This document shows positions 10,140 to 21,205 of a DNA stretch of 64,000 nucleotides, piece by piece (position 1 is the stretch's first letter; every line of letters starts with the position of its first letter). Under the pieces are notes generated by a model. The model made no database searches. It saw nothing but the letters and a program-made list of their open reading frames with translations, and had not been told where the DNA came from. Location: NCBI GenBank assembly GCA_963789955.1, contig CAWBMV010000014.1, positions 28,693-92,692 on the forward strand, given 5' to 3'. Source of the stretch: an uncultured Candidatus Rokubacteria bacterium. Lineage in GTDB: Bacteria; Methylomirabilota; Methylomirabilia; Rokubacteriales; CSP1-6. A program made the position numbers and the translations under genes.

Positions 10140-12251
10140 TCAGGCTCCGGCGCGCGGCACGATAAGCGCGTCCACGACGACGCAGCCCGCGCCCGTTTCC
10201 CTCACCACGATCGGGTTCACGTCGAGCTCCCCCACACTCTCGCGTTCCGCCCACGCGAGGTCGCCGATCGCCTCGAGTGTGCGGGCGAGCCCGCCGACGT
10301 CCCCGGGCGGCCGACCGCGGAAGCCGCCGAGCAGCGCCGCGACGCGGGTCTCGGCGATCATCCCCTCCGCGTCACCGGCGCGCAGGGGCAACGGGCGCAG
10401 CGCGACGTCGTCCAGCGCCTCGATCAGTACGCCCCCGGCGCCGAACGCCAGAACCAGTCCGAAATCGGGGTCGCGGCTGACCCCGGCGAAGACCTCGAGG
10501 ATCCCTTGCGCCATCTCCTGGATCAGGTACCCGGCGACGTCGTTTCGCCGGCCGAGATCATCGACGCGGCGCGAGAACCGATGCCACGCGGCGCCCAGCT
10601 CGGTCTCGTCTCGGAGCCCGACCTCGACGAGACCGACATCCGACCGGTGCGGAATCGCGTCGGACACGACCTTCAGCGCGACGGGATAGCCGATGGTTTT
10701 CGCGGCGGCGCGCGCGTTATCAAGCGACGCCACGAGCTGCTCACGGACGACGGGCACGCCCCACGCCGCGAGCAGGCGCTTGGCGTCGTGCTCGTGGATG
10801 GTCGGCCGCGCGCGACCTTTCAACATCGTCTGGATCGCGCCTCCCGCGCCGCGCGCTGGGCGCGGCGCCGCCAGGGGCTCACTCCAGCGCGCAAGCCGAT
10901 CCACCGCCCCGAGGCCCGCCCGCGTGCCACCGATCACCGCGATCCCCTGCTCGCGCAGGAACGTCGCGACGTCGCGGCGGAAGACGCCCGAGCGGGTCGT
11001 CATCAGATAGAACGGCTTCGTCGACTGCCGCGCACCCCCGGCGAGGGTCTTGCCGTAGTCCAACGCCCGCGCGGGCGAGCCCATCGGCTGGTCGTCGAAG
11101 CCGTCGGTGCAGAACGCGATCGCGTCGTAGCCGGGATCGCTTCCGAGCACCCGAAGCCCGTGTGGGAAGTTCGTGGTGAAGTCGCCGTTGCCCCACGCAT
11201 CCAGCGGGTTCCCGTCGCCGGTGACGCGCCCGATGACGCGCTCGACCTCCGCGCGCGAGGCGGGCGCCAAGGGCGGCAGCTGAAGATTCGCCGTGCCGGC
11301 CAGGTCGAGGATCAGCTCCGCCTGCCCGCCCGACGCCGTCATCACCGCCAGGCGTCGCCCGCGCGGCCAGCGCTCGGCCTGGCAGGCCGCGATCACTTCG
11401 GTCAGCTCGTCCATGTCGGCGACCTCGATGGCGCGATGCGCGCGCAGCATCGCCGAGAAGACGCGCGCCTCGCCGGCCAGACCGCCGGTGTGACTGCTGA
11501 TCGCACGCCGGGTCCGGTCGCTGCGCCCGACCTTGAGAACGACGACGGGCTTGCCGCGGTCGGCCGCGCGATCCAGCACGGCCACGAATCGCTCGGGCTG
11601 GCGCACCGTCTCGAGGAACATCGCGATCACGCGCGTCGCCGCGTCGTCGACGAGGTACTCGAGGAAGTCGACGGCCGCGACGACCGCCTCGTTGCCGGAC
11701 GAGATCACCTGGCTCCAGCCGAAGCGCCGGCAATCCGTCAGGAGGCCGATGCAGATCGACCCGCTCTGCGAAATCAGCCCCACGTTGCCGGCGAGCCGGG
11801 TCGGATCGTGCAGTGCCTGGATATAGACGAGGCTCGGCACGTGCGGACTGATCACGCCCATGCAGTTCGGCCCGCAGAGCGCGATCGATGCCTCGCGGCA
11901 GATCGCCGCGATCGCCTCCTGCCGCGCGCGGCCCTCGGCGTCCGCCTCCGCGAATCCGCCGTCGAATATCACCGCCGCGCCGACGCCCCGTTCGGCCGCG
12001 GGTTGCATCTGCTCGAGCACACGCGCGTGATTCACGCAGAACGCCAGCACGTCGACGTCGCGCGGCAGGTCGGCTACCGAGGCGTAGCAGCGGCGGCCGA
12101 GCAGGCTCTCGTACCTCGGATTGATCGGATAGACCTCGCCACGAAAACCGATGCCGTCGAGTGCTTCGACGAGGGTCCGGCCGATCGACGGGCGCTCGGA
12201 GGCGCCGACGATCGCGATCGAACGGGGACGCAGCAGCCGGTCAAGCGACAT
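10140..12251 (-). CDS. Acetate-CoA ligase (ADP-forming) family protein, fused alpha/beta
   Basis: PRSIAIVGAS, GPNCMG, SQSGS, SHTGGLAG phospho-His motif, ATP-grasp C-terminus ELDVNP. Confidence 0.92.
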   Translation of the reverse strand: MSLDRLLRPRSIAIVGASERPSIGRTLVEALDGIGFRGEVYPINPRYESLLGRRCYASVADLPRDVDVLAFCVNHARVLEQMQPAAERGVGAAVIFDGGFAEADAEGRARQEAIAAICREASIALCGPNCMGVISPHVPSLVYIQALHDPTRLAGNVGLISQSGSICIGLLTDCRRFGWSQVISSGNEAVVAAVDFLEYLVDDAATRVIAMFLETVRQPERFVAVLDRAADRGKPVVVLKVGRSDRTRRAISSHTGGLAGEARVFSAMLRAHRAIEVADMDELTEVIAACQAERWPRGRRLAVMTASGGQAELILDLAGTANLQLPPLAPASRAEVERVIGRVTGDGNPLDAWGNGDFTTNFPHGLRVLGSDPGYDAIAFCTDGFDDQPMGSPARALDYGKTLAGGARQSTKPFYLMTTRSGVFRRDVATFLREQGIAVIGGTRAGLGAVDRLARWSEPLAAPRPARGAGGAIQTMLKGRARPTIHEHDAKRLLAAWGVPVVREQLVASLDNARAAAKTIGYPVALKVVSDAIPHRSDVGLVEVGLRDETELGAAWHRFSRRVDDLGRRNDVAGYLIQEMAQGILEVFAGVSRDPDFGLVLAFGAGGVLIEALDDVALRPLPLRAGDAEGMIAETRVAALLGGFRGRPPGDVGGLARTLEAIGDLAWAERESVGELDVNPIVVRETGAGCVVVDALIVPRAGA

Positions 12252-13011
12252 GGGGACTCCTTCTGCGCAAGGACATCGCGATCAGCACGCCGAGGACGAC
12301 AGCGCTCACGAGCAGAGTCGACACGACGGCGATGACAGGATCGGACTCGAGACGGATCGATTCGTACATCTTCTTGGGCAGCGTGACGGCGCCGCGGCCC
12401 CCGATGAAGAGCGCCACGACCGCCTCGTTGAACGACGAGAGAAACGCGAACAGCGCGCCGACGAGCATGCCCGGACGCAGCACGGGCAAGGTGACGTGCA
12501 CGAACGTCCGGACGGGGCCGGCGCCCGAGCTCATGGCCGCCCGCTCTAGGTTCTGATCGAAGCCCTTGAGCGTGGCGGAGATCACCAGGAAGGCGACGGG
12601 TACCGCGAGCATCCCGTGCGCGACCATCACGCCGAGCAGCGTGCCGGTGAGCTTCGCGCGTCCGAGGAACCCATAGTAGGCGAGCGCGCTCACGACGTGC
12701 GGCACGATGAGCGGCGCCATGATCAGCAGATTGACGAGGGCCTTGCCGCGGAACCGGTAGCGGACGTAGCCGAAGGCCGCGGGCACCACGAGCAGCATGG
12801 TCAACGTCATGGCGCCGAGCGCGATGACGACGCTGTTCAGGGTCGGCTCGAGCCACTCCTCGCTGGTGAAGTACTTGGCGTAGTAGCCGAGCCAGTAGCC
12901 CGGCGGCGGGAACGCGAACGAGATCGCCGTGCTGAAGGACATCGGCACGACGACGAGAATCGGCGCGAGCAGGAAGATCGCGCCGAGGGCCGCCAGGATG
13001 ACCGGCAGCAT
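12241..13011 (-). CDS. ABC transporter permease (PotC-like)
   Basis: Hydrophobic; EAA-like LERAAMSSGA; FLSSFNE. Confidence 0.88.
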   Translation of the reverse strand: MLPVILAALGAIFLLAPILVVVPMSFSTAISFAFPPPGYWLGYYAKYFTSEEWLEPTLNSVVIALGAMTLTMLLVVPAAFGYVRYRFRGKALVNLLIMAPLIVPHVVSALAYYGFLGRAKLTGTLLGVMVAHGMLAVPVAFLVISATLKGFDQNLERAAMSSGAGPVRTFVHVTLPVLRPGMLVGALFAFLSSFNEAVVALFIGGRGAVTLPKKMYESIRLESDPVIAVVSTLLVSAVVLGVLIAMSLRRRSPHVA

Positions 13012-13018
13012 CAGGCAC

Positions 13019-13867
13019 TCAGCCCCACAGCCGGTCGAGGCCGGCGTAGTGGTTGTAGATCGCGAGGACGGCGCCGGTCGCAACGAGGAGCACCACGGCG
13101 ACGGCCGAGGCGAAGCCAAACGCGAGCAGCTCCTCGATCTGCTGGTTGATGAGCTGCGAGATCATCATGTCGCGCGGCGTGCCCAGCAGCACCGGCGTCA
13201 CGAAAAAGCCGAGGCACGTGACGAACACGAGCAGGCTGCCGTTGACGACGCCGGGCAGGCTCAGCGGCAGGAACACCTCGCGGAATGCCGCCGCGGGACG
13301 CGCGCCGAGGCTCGCCGCCGCCTTCAGGTGGTTCGCATCGATCTTCTTCATCGCCGCGTAGAGGGCCAGGATCATGTACGGCAGCAGGATGTGCGTCATC
13401 CCCAGGGTCGAGCTGAACGTGCTGAAGAGGAGCTGCGGCGATTGACCAAGCCCGAGCGCGCCGTACGCCGCCGCCACGGGCCCCTTGCTGCCGAGGATCA
13501 CGAGCCAGGCGTAGGTGCGGACCAGGAAGCCGGTCCAGAAGCTCATCGCGACGATCGTGAGCAGCACCGTCGACACCCAGCCGGCGCGCCGCGCCATCAC
13601 GTACGCGACCGGATAGCCGATGACGAGGCAGAGCGCGGTGACGATCAGCGAGGTCACGAACGTGTTGACCATCACGCGCGTGTAGACGGGCACCGTGAAG
13701 ATGCGCCGATAGTGCGCGAGCGAGAGCCGCGGGTCGGTGACGCTCAGCACCAGCACGTAGGCGATCGGCACCACGAAGAGCAGCACGAGCGCCAGGCACG
13801 ACGGGGCGAGCAGGAGCCAGGCGGTCGCGTTCCGGCCGGCGCCGCGAACGGCGCTGACCGGACGCAC
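13019..13867 (-). CDS. ABC transporter permease (PotB-like)
   Basis: IGYPVAY, LVRTYAW, KAAASLGA. Start approximate; the ORF track fuses it to the binding-protein N-terminus through a frameshift. Confidence 0.85.
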   Translation of the reverse strand: MRPVSAVRGAGRNATAWLLLAPSCLALVLLFVVPIAYVLVLSVTDPRLSLAHYRRIFTVPVYTRVMVNTFVTSLIVTALCLVIGYPVAYVMARRAGWVSTVLLTIVAMSFWTGFLVRTYAWLVILGSKGPVAAAYGALGLGQSPQLLFSTFSSTLGMTHILLPYMILALYAAMKKIDANHLKAAASLGARPAAAFREVFLPLSLPGVVNGSLLVFVTCLGFFVTPVLLGTPRDMMISQLINQQIEELLAFGFASAVAVVLLVATGAVLAIYNHYAGLDRLWG

Positions 13868-13878
13868 CGCGGCCGCGC

Positions 13879-14929
13879 TCAGCTCGCCAGCCACTGCGTG
13901 AAGCGCTCCTGGATCCTGGCGGTCTGGTCCGCTTCGGCGACGGTGTCCGGCTTGATCGAGACCTTGACGTTCTCCGGATAGGTCGGGAGCTGACGCGACA
14001 CCTCGGGCGAGATGTACTTGAACGCCTCGGGGTTCGTCGGGCCGTAGTACAGCTTGTTCGCGAAGTCGGCCTGCGGCTTGGGCTGGACGGCGAACTGGAG
14101 AAACTCCCAGGCGAGCTTCCGGTTCGGCGCGCCCTTCGCCACCCCCCACATCGTCGTCGTGATGGTGGCGCCGTGCCACACCAGCTCGACCGGCACGCCC
14201 TGCTGCTGGAGCTCGCTGGCGCGCGCGTTCCAGATCACCATCATGTCGACTTCGCCGTCGCGCAGGAGCTGCTGCGACTGGTTGCCTTGCGTCCACCAGA
14301 CCTTGATGTGCGGCTTGATCTGGTCGAGCTTGCGGAAGGCGCGATCGACGTCCAGCGGGAAGACCTTGTCGACGGGCACGCCGTCCGCGACCAGCGCGAA
14401 CTGCACCGTGCGCACCGCGTTGTTGAGCATCGAGCGATTGCCGGGGAACTTCTTGACGTCCCAGAAGTCGGCCCAGCTCTTCGGTCCGCCCTGCGGGAAC
14501 TTGTCCTTGCGGTAGGCCAGGTTGGTGCCGAGCGCGCAGTAGCCGAGGCCGTTGGCGTACACGGCGTCCGGGAACAGCTTGTCCTTCTTCACGACCGTCC
14601 AGTCGACCGGCTCCACGCAGACCTTCGCGATCGGCGCGCAGAAGGTCGGCCTGGGTGATCGCCGTGATGTCCCACTCGTAGCTGCCGCTCTGCACCTGCG
14701 CCTTCAGCTTGGCGTACGACACCGGCGCGACCGTCCGCACGCGGATGCCCGTCTGGTCGGTGAACGGCTTGAAGAAGGCGGCCTCTTCCGCGGCCGTCCA
14801 GCTCCCGCCCCAGGTGTTGACGTAGATCGTGCGCGTCTGCGCGATCGACCGATCCGTGATGATCAGCGGCCCGACCGACGCCGCCGTTGCGGTGGCCGCG
14901 ACTCCTTTGAGGAACGTGCGACGTCGCAT
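13879..14929 (-). CDS. ABC substrate-binding protein, PotD-like, Tat signal (frameshift near 14620)
   Basis: MRRRTFLKG Tat motif, TWGGSW, WADFWDVKKFPG, WNAR. Confidence 0.88.
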
Positions 14930-14994
14930 GGTGAATCCTCCGTAGCTTCATCCGTCTCGATGGTGGTCGAGATTTTGCCATAATCCTCCCCGTG

Positions 14995-17353
14995 ATGAGC
15001 CAACGCCTGATCGGCCGGCGGCTCCTGCGGCAGGAGGATCCCAGACTCGTCGCCGGCAAGGGCGCGTACGTGACGGACCTCGCCCTGCCCGGCATGCTGC
15101 ACCTTGCGCTGCTGCGCAGCCCGCACGCCCATGCGCGCATCGCGTGTCTGGACGTCGACCGCGCGCGTCGCGGTGCCCGGCGTCGTCGCCGTCTTCACCG
15201 CCGGCGATCTTCGCGACGTCGGGCTGCTGCCGGTGCTCGCCCACCCGCCGGGTCAGCGCCAGACCGACTTCGCCGTGCTGCCGGCCGACCGGGTGCGCTA
15301 CGTCGGTCAGCCGCTCGCCGCCGTCGTGGCCGAGACTCCGTACGCCGCCCAGGACGGCGTCGATGCCCTCGACGTGACGTACGATCCGCTGCCGGCCGTC
15401 GCGAACGTCGCGCAGGCCTTAGCACCCGGCGCGCCGAAGCTCTACGACGACTGGCCGGACAACGTGGTCGTCGCGCGGGAGATCGGCGGCGGCGATCCGG
15501 ACGCCGTGCTCGCGACGGCGGCGACGGTCGTGGAGGCGCGCTTTAGGATGCCGCGGCAGACGGCGGCGCCGATGGAAGGGCGCGCAGTCTGCGCCCGCTT
15601 CGACCGCGACACCGGCGAGCTGACCGTGTGGGCGTCGAGCCAGGCGCCGCACCTCTTCCGCACGGTGCTCGCCGGGGTGCTGCGCGTCGACGAGGAGCGC
15701 ATCCGCGTGATCGTCCCCGACGTGGGCGGCGGCTTCGGCGTCAAGCTCCACTACTACCCGGAAGACGTACTGGTGGCGGTCGCCGCGATGCGGCTCGGCC
15801 GGCCGGTGAAGTGGGTCGAGACGCGCAGCGAGCACTTCGCCGCGACGGTGCACGCGCGCGAGCAGCACGTCCACGCACGGGCCGGGTTCGACGCGCAGGG
15901 GACGTTGCTGGCCCTGCGCGTGCACGTGCAGGGCGACGTCGGCGCGCACCTGCACACCAAAGGCGCCGGACCGATCTTCCTCGGCGGCGTCGTGCTGCCG
16001 AACGTGTATGCCGTCCGTCATTTCAAGGCGAAGCTGGAGGCCGTCGTCACCAACAAGGTGCCGTTCGGCGCGTATCGCGCGTTCGGCATGCAGCAGGCGG
16101 CGTTCGTCACCGAGCGGTTGATGGACATCGCCGCCGTGCGCCTCGGGATCGACCCCGTCGAGATCCGCCGCCGCAATTACGTGCCGGCGGCGGCGTTCCC
16201 CTATCGCAGCATCGCCAATCTCGTCTACGACAGTGGCAACTACGTCCGCGCGCTCGACGAAGCGCTGCGCATCGCCGACTACGCCGGACTCCGGGCGATG
16301 CAGACGCGCGCGCGCGCGCAGGGTCGGCTCCTCGGTATCGGCGTCGCCAACTACGTCGAGGTCACCGGCATGGGGCCGACGAAGCTGATGGCCGCGATGG
16401 GCAACCGGCAGGGTGGCTACGAGAGTGCGACCGTCCGCGTCGAGCCCTCGGGGCGCGTCACCGTCGCGACCGGCATCATCGAGCTCGGTCAGGGCATTCG
16501 CTCGGCGCTCGCGCAGGTCGCCGCCGACGTGCTGTCGCTCCCCTACGATCGCGTCGGCGTCGTGCTCGGCGACACCGCGCGCACGCCGTACTCGTGCTAC
16601 GGCACGGCGGATAGCCGAGGCTCGGTCACCGGCGGGGCCGCGGTGCTCCAGGCCACGCGTGCCCTCAGGCAGAAGCTGCTCCGTGTGGCGGCGCAGCTGC
16701 TCGAGGCCGACGAGGCGGACCTCGAGGTCGTCGACGGTCAGTGTCGTGTGCGCGGCGCGCCCGGCCGCGGTCTTTCCTTCGGCACGCTCGCCCAGGAGTC
16801 GCTCCGCGGACAGAAGCTGACCGACGGGATGGAGCCCGAGCTCGAGGCGCGGTTCACCTACAACCCGGAGAACTGGACGTTTCCCTACGGCGTGCACATT
16901 GCCGCGGTCGAGGTCGCGCCTGACACCGGCGCGGTTCGGGTGCTCGGCTACTGGGTCGCGCACGACTGCGGCACGATGCTGAACCCGATGCTGGTGGACG
17001 GTCAGCTCCACGGCGGCCTTGCCCAGGGTATCGGCGGCGCGCTGAGCGAGGAGCTCCGCTACGACGAGGCGGGCCAGCTCCTGTCGCGCACGTTCATGGA
17101 CTACGCGATCCCGACGGCGGAGACGATGCCGCCGATCACGATCGGTCACGTCGAGACGCCGTCGCCGCACACGCCGGGCGGGATGAAGGGCATGGCCGAG
17201 GGCGGCACGATCGGCGCCCCCGCGACGATCGCGAACGCCGTCGCTGACGCGCTGGCGGGTGCCGGCGTCGACGCCGCGGCCGTCAGCGCCTACCCGCTCA
17301 CCGCGTCGACAGTGTTCGCGCTCCTCCAGAACGCCCGCGTGACCCATGGCTGA
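14995..17353 (+). CDS. Xanthine dehydrogenase/CoxL-like molybdopterin-binding subunit (frameshift near 15165)
   Basis: RQEDPRLVAGKG, LRSPHAHARI, VGGGFGVK, AYRAFG, KGMAEGG. Confidence 0.9.
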
Positions 17354-17618
17354 CGCGGCCGCGACGCGGCGCCGAGCGATCGCACTGGTTCTCTCGGGAA
17401 TCTTTCCGGGACTGGGCCAGTTTTACAATCGTCAGCCCGCGAAGGGCGCGATCGGCCTTGCCGCCGGAGCCGTGCTCAGCTGGCTCGCGGGCCGGGCCAT
17501 GCCGACCGACCCGCTTGCACTCGACCAGGCGGGATTCGCCCTCTTCGGTCCCTTGTGCGCGCTCCTCGTCGTGTGGACGTGGTCCATCATCGACGCGTGG
17601 CGCGCCGCCGGCCGCTGA
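17346..17618 (+). CDS. Small membrane protein (PGLGQFYN motif)
   Basis: LSGIFPGLGQFYN..KG, three hydrophobic segments, overlaps the upstream stop. Confidence 0.7.
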   Translation: MADAAATRRRAIALVLSGIFPGLGQFYNRQPAKGAIGLAAGAVLSWLAGRAMPTDPLALDQAGFALFGPLCALLVVWTWSIIDAWRAAGR

Positions 17619-17716
17619 GCGCGGTCCACGCGGCGGCGATCGGGTCCATGAGTTAAACTTGTCCAGGCGTTGCAAGGCTCGAGCGGCTGCGCAAACCGAG
17701 CACGGGAGGTATACCG

Positions 17717-18142
17717 ATGCCCAAGATCAAGCACATCGCGCTGTCAACCCAGGACGTCGAGAAGACCGCGAAGTTCTACGTGGAGACGTTCGGCATGAAG
17801 GAAGTCGGCAAGATCGACGATCCGGGGACACGCGGCGTCTTCCTCACCGACGGCGACATCAACCTCGCCATCCTCAATTTCAAGAACGATACAGCGGCCG
17901 GCAGCGAGCGCGGCAAGAGCTTCTCCGGCATTCACCACATCGGCTTTCAGGTCGAGAGCCTGGAGAAGATTGCCGAGCGGCTCACCACAGCAGGGTCGCG
18001 CCGTCGTCACGACGTCGAGCAGGCACTCGGCGTCGCGCCGGGCACAGAGGGCAATGTCGAGGTGAAGTGGACCGGACCGGACGGCATCATGCTCGATGTC
18101 TCGAAGACCGGCTGGCTCGGCACGCCCACGTTCGGTCACTAG
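17717..18142 (+). CDS. VOC/glyoxalase family protein
   Basis: KIKHIAL, GIHHIGFQV, GPDGIMLDVS; GGGAGG RBS. Confidence 0.9.
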   Translation: MPKIKHIALSTQDVEKTAKFYVETFGMKEVGKIDDPGTRGVFLTDGDINLAILNFKNDTAAGSERGKSFSGIHHIGFQVESLEKIAERLTTAGSRRRHDVEQALGVAPGTEGNVEVKWTGPDGIMLDVSKTGWLGTPTFGH

Positions 18143-18161
18143 AGTCAGGCATCATCGCGGC

Positions 18162-20214
18162 ATGATCTCATCTGGGCCCCGAACCGTGCGGACGATGTGT
18201 CCGATGAACTGTCATCCCACCTTGTGCGGCATGCTGGTCGACATCGAGGACGGCCGCGTGCTCGGGGTGCGGGGCGATCCTGACAACCCGGACAGCCAGG
18301 GGTTCCTCTGCGTACGCGGTCAGGCCTCCCACGAGATCATCGGCAATCCGGCGCGCCTGCTGCATCCCCTCGTCCGCGCGCAGCCGCGAGGACGCCTTCC
18401 GCGAGGCGTCATGGGACGAGGCGCTCGATCTCGTCGCCGAGCGCATGCGGACGCTGGGCGGCGAGCGGGTTGGCATCTGGACGGGGCACGGGCTGGCGGC
18501 CACCAACTACGGCACGCGGCTGTCGGGGCACCTCGCGCGGCGCTTCGCCAACCTGTGGGGCTGCCAGTCGTGGAGCGGCACGATGATCTGCTGGGGACTC
18601 GGCGCCTACGGGCTCGGGTTCACCGGAATCCTCGAGACCAACACCAAGGAAGACATGGCCGCGCACGCGAACCTCGTCGTGCTGTGGGGCGCGAACCTTG
18701 CCTCCCAGCCGAACACGGCCCGGCATGTGGCGGCGGCGCGGCGGCGCGGCGCCTCCATCATCACGATCGACATCCGGCAGACCGAGGCCGCCGCCCAGTC
18801 CGACGAGACCTTCATCGTGCGCCCGGGCAGCGATGCCGCGCTGGCGCTCGCGATGATGCACGTGATCGTCGCGGAGGAGCTGTGGGACCGCGAGTTCGTG
18901 GCCCAACACACGGTTGGCTTCGACGTCCTGGCCGGCCACGTCGCCGGTCACTCGCCGGCGTGGGCGGCTGAGATCACCGGCGTGCCGGCCGATCGTATTA
19001 CCGCGCTCGCGCGCCGCTACGCGCGGACCCGCCCCGCGATGGTCGTGCTCGGCGGCAGCAGTCTGCACAAGGGCGCCAACGGCTGGAACGCCGCCCGCGC
19101 GATCGGCTGCCTGCCGGCCCTCACCGGCAACGTCGGCATTGCGGGGGGCGGCCTCGGGCCTCGCCACGGCAGCGCCTCCCACGGCCAGGGCCTATCGAGT
19201 ATCACCGCGGAAGACCGGCGGCCGCGTGGAGCCTGGATCCCGAGCCAGATGCCGCTCGTGACCGAGGCCATGCTCGACGGCCGCGTGCGGGCGATGCTTC
19301 TGCTCGGCACCAACATGCTGTCGTCCTATGCCGATGCCGGCCGGGTGGCGGAGGCGCTCGCCAGGCAGGACCTGGTGGTGTCGTACGATCTGTTCCTGAA
19401 CGACACTGCGCGGCGCTTCGCCGATGTCGTGCTCCCGGCCACCGCGTGGCTCGAGGAGCTCGGGTGCAAGAGCACCAACACGCACCTCTATCTCATGCCG
19501 AAGGTGCTCGACCCGCCGGGCGAGGCTCGACCAGTTGTCTGGGTCCTGCGCGAGCTGGCGCAGCGGCTCGACATGGCCGACTACTTCCCGTGGGACAGCG
19601 AGAGCGGTCCGCTCGACGCCATCCTCGACCATCCGGCGACCGGCCATGCTACCGCGGCCGCGCTGGCGGCGGAGGGCGGCATGCGCGCCCTGCGCATCTC
19701 CCACGTCGCGCACCCGGACCTGAAATTCCCCACGCCGTCCGGAAAAATCGAGCTGGACTCCCCGCGAGCGGCCGAGCTCGGCCTGCCCTCGCTCCCCGTG
19801 CACGCGCCGCCGGCCTCCTCGTCCTATCCGCTCACCCTGTGCCAGGGCCGCACTTTGAATCACTTCCACGGCTTCTATGATCACGGTCGCGCGCTGCCCA
19901 GCCTCGCCAAGGCCGATCCCGAGCCCGTGCTCTGGATCTCACCGGCCGATGCGGCAGCCCGCGGCGTGACCGACGGCGCCGCCATTCGCATTGTGAACGC
20001 GCGGGGCGCGATGCCAGCCATGGCCCGCGTCACCGAGCGCATCCCGGCGGGCACCGTGTGGATGCGCGACGGCTGGCTCGGTCTCAACGATCTGACGCAA
20101 GGCGACCGCACCGTCCCCGATGCCGCCGTGGACGAGTTCCACGCCCTGGGATTCTCGGGCGGCCAGGCGACCTTCGATGCGCGCGTCGAAGTCCAAGCTG
20201 CACCTTCGCGCTAA
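18162..20214 (+). CDS. Molybdopterin-dependent oxidoreductase, DMSO reductase superfamily (frameshift near 18380)
   Basis: N-terminal Fe-S motif CPMNCHPTLC...LCVRG, LWGAN, ADVVLPAT, TPSGKIE. No Tat signal. Confidence 0.88.
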
Positions 20215-20218
20215 CCCC

Positions 20219-20600
20219 GTGAGGACACCTGCTCGCGACGTTTAGCACGATTCTCCGACGGTTCAGGCGGATGAGGGCTTCCTCATGGCCTCGGCGTTGT
20301 CCTTTGCGGCCCTGCTGTGTCTGGCGCCCCTCACCCTCATCCTCTTCTCGCTGGCGGGGTACCTCCTGGAGTCGGATCGGATCGCCGACTATCTATTCGA
20401 CGCCGCCACGCTGCTGATCCCGGCCTATGGTCGCGAGCTCGGCGAGTTCTTTCCTTCCTGACCAGGGAACGCGCTGTCGCCGGCCTCGTAGGCATCCTGA
20501 GCTGGATCATCTTCGCGACGCAGTTCTTCTCGCTGATGCGCACAGTCTTGAACCGCATCTTCCGCGCACCGGCCAGGCGCGGCATCGTCCATGGGCCTGC
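20219..20600 (+). pseudogene. Truncated YihY/BrkB family membrane protein
   Basis: DEGFLMASALSFAALLCLAPL...FFSLMRTVLNRIF; similarity ends near 20600; internal frameshifts. Confidence 0.6.
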
Positions 20601-20667
20601 GAAGCGCGAGCGGACTCGCGGCCGCGAGATCAGGCCTGGCGCTCGATCATCGGCCGGGGCATTTGTA

Positions 20668-20686
20668 TATCATGTCATGATACACT
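20668..20686 (+). promoter_or_regulatory. Palindromic MarR-type operator overlapping the -10 box
   Basis: TATCATG-T-CATGATA (20668-20682) overlaps TACACT, which lies 6 bp before GTG/ATG. Confidence 0.65.
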
Positions 20687-20695
20687 CACTCCGTG

Positions 20696-21205
20696 ATGCA
20701 TCGATCGCGCCGCGCGCGGGCCCGCGCCCGCCCGATCGACTACGAGACGCTTGCCGAGCTGCGCTACCAGGTGCGCCGATTCCTGCGCGTGCGCGAGCTG
20801 GCCGCCCGCGCGTCCGGCGTGGCGCCCCAGCAGTACCTCGTCTTGCTCCAGATCCGTGGGGTTGTGGCGCTCCGGCCGGTGACCATCAGCGTTCTCGCCG
20901 AACGGCTTCAGATCCACCACCACTCCGCCGTGCAGCTCGTCGATCGACTGTCGCGACAAGGGCTGGTCGAGCGACGGCGCGATGGGCGTGATCGACGTTC
21001 GGTGATCGTCGAGCTGCGGCCTCGAGGAGAGGCATTGCTGCAGAAGCTCGCGCTGTACTCGATGGCCGAGCTCAAAACCGAAGGCCCCGCACTCGCGTCG
21101 TCGCTGAGACGACTGGTGATGAATGCCAGCCGGCGGTCATCCGCCTCGCATCAGATGACCCGTGACAGGGCGCGCAGCCGAAGCGCGCTCCCAGGAGGTG
21201 TGTAA
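20696..21205 (+). CDS. MarR family transcriptional regulator
   Basis: DYETLAELRYQVRRFL, HHSAVQLVDRL, DGRDRR. Confidence 0.88.
   Translation: MHRSRRARARARPIDYETLAELRYQVRRFLRVRELAARASGVAPQQYLVLLQIRGVVALRPVTISVLAERLQIHHHSAVQLVDRLSRQGLVERRRDGRDRRSVIVELRPRGEALLQKLALYSMAELKTEGPALASSLRRLVMNASRRSSASHQMTRDRARSRSALPGGV

Noticed and set aside
13019..14929. 636-aa binding protein-permease fusion in the ORF track
   Set aside because: Artefact of a frameshift near 14620. The binding protein has its own stop at 13879.
14995..17353. Aerobic CO dehydrogenase CoxL
   Set aside because: The active-site loop is AYRAFG, not AYXCSFR, and no coxM/coxS or accessory genes are present.
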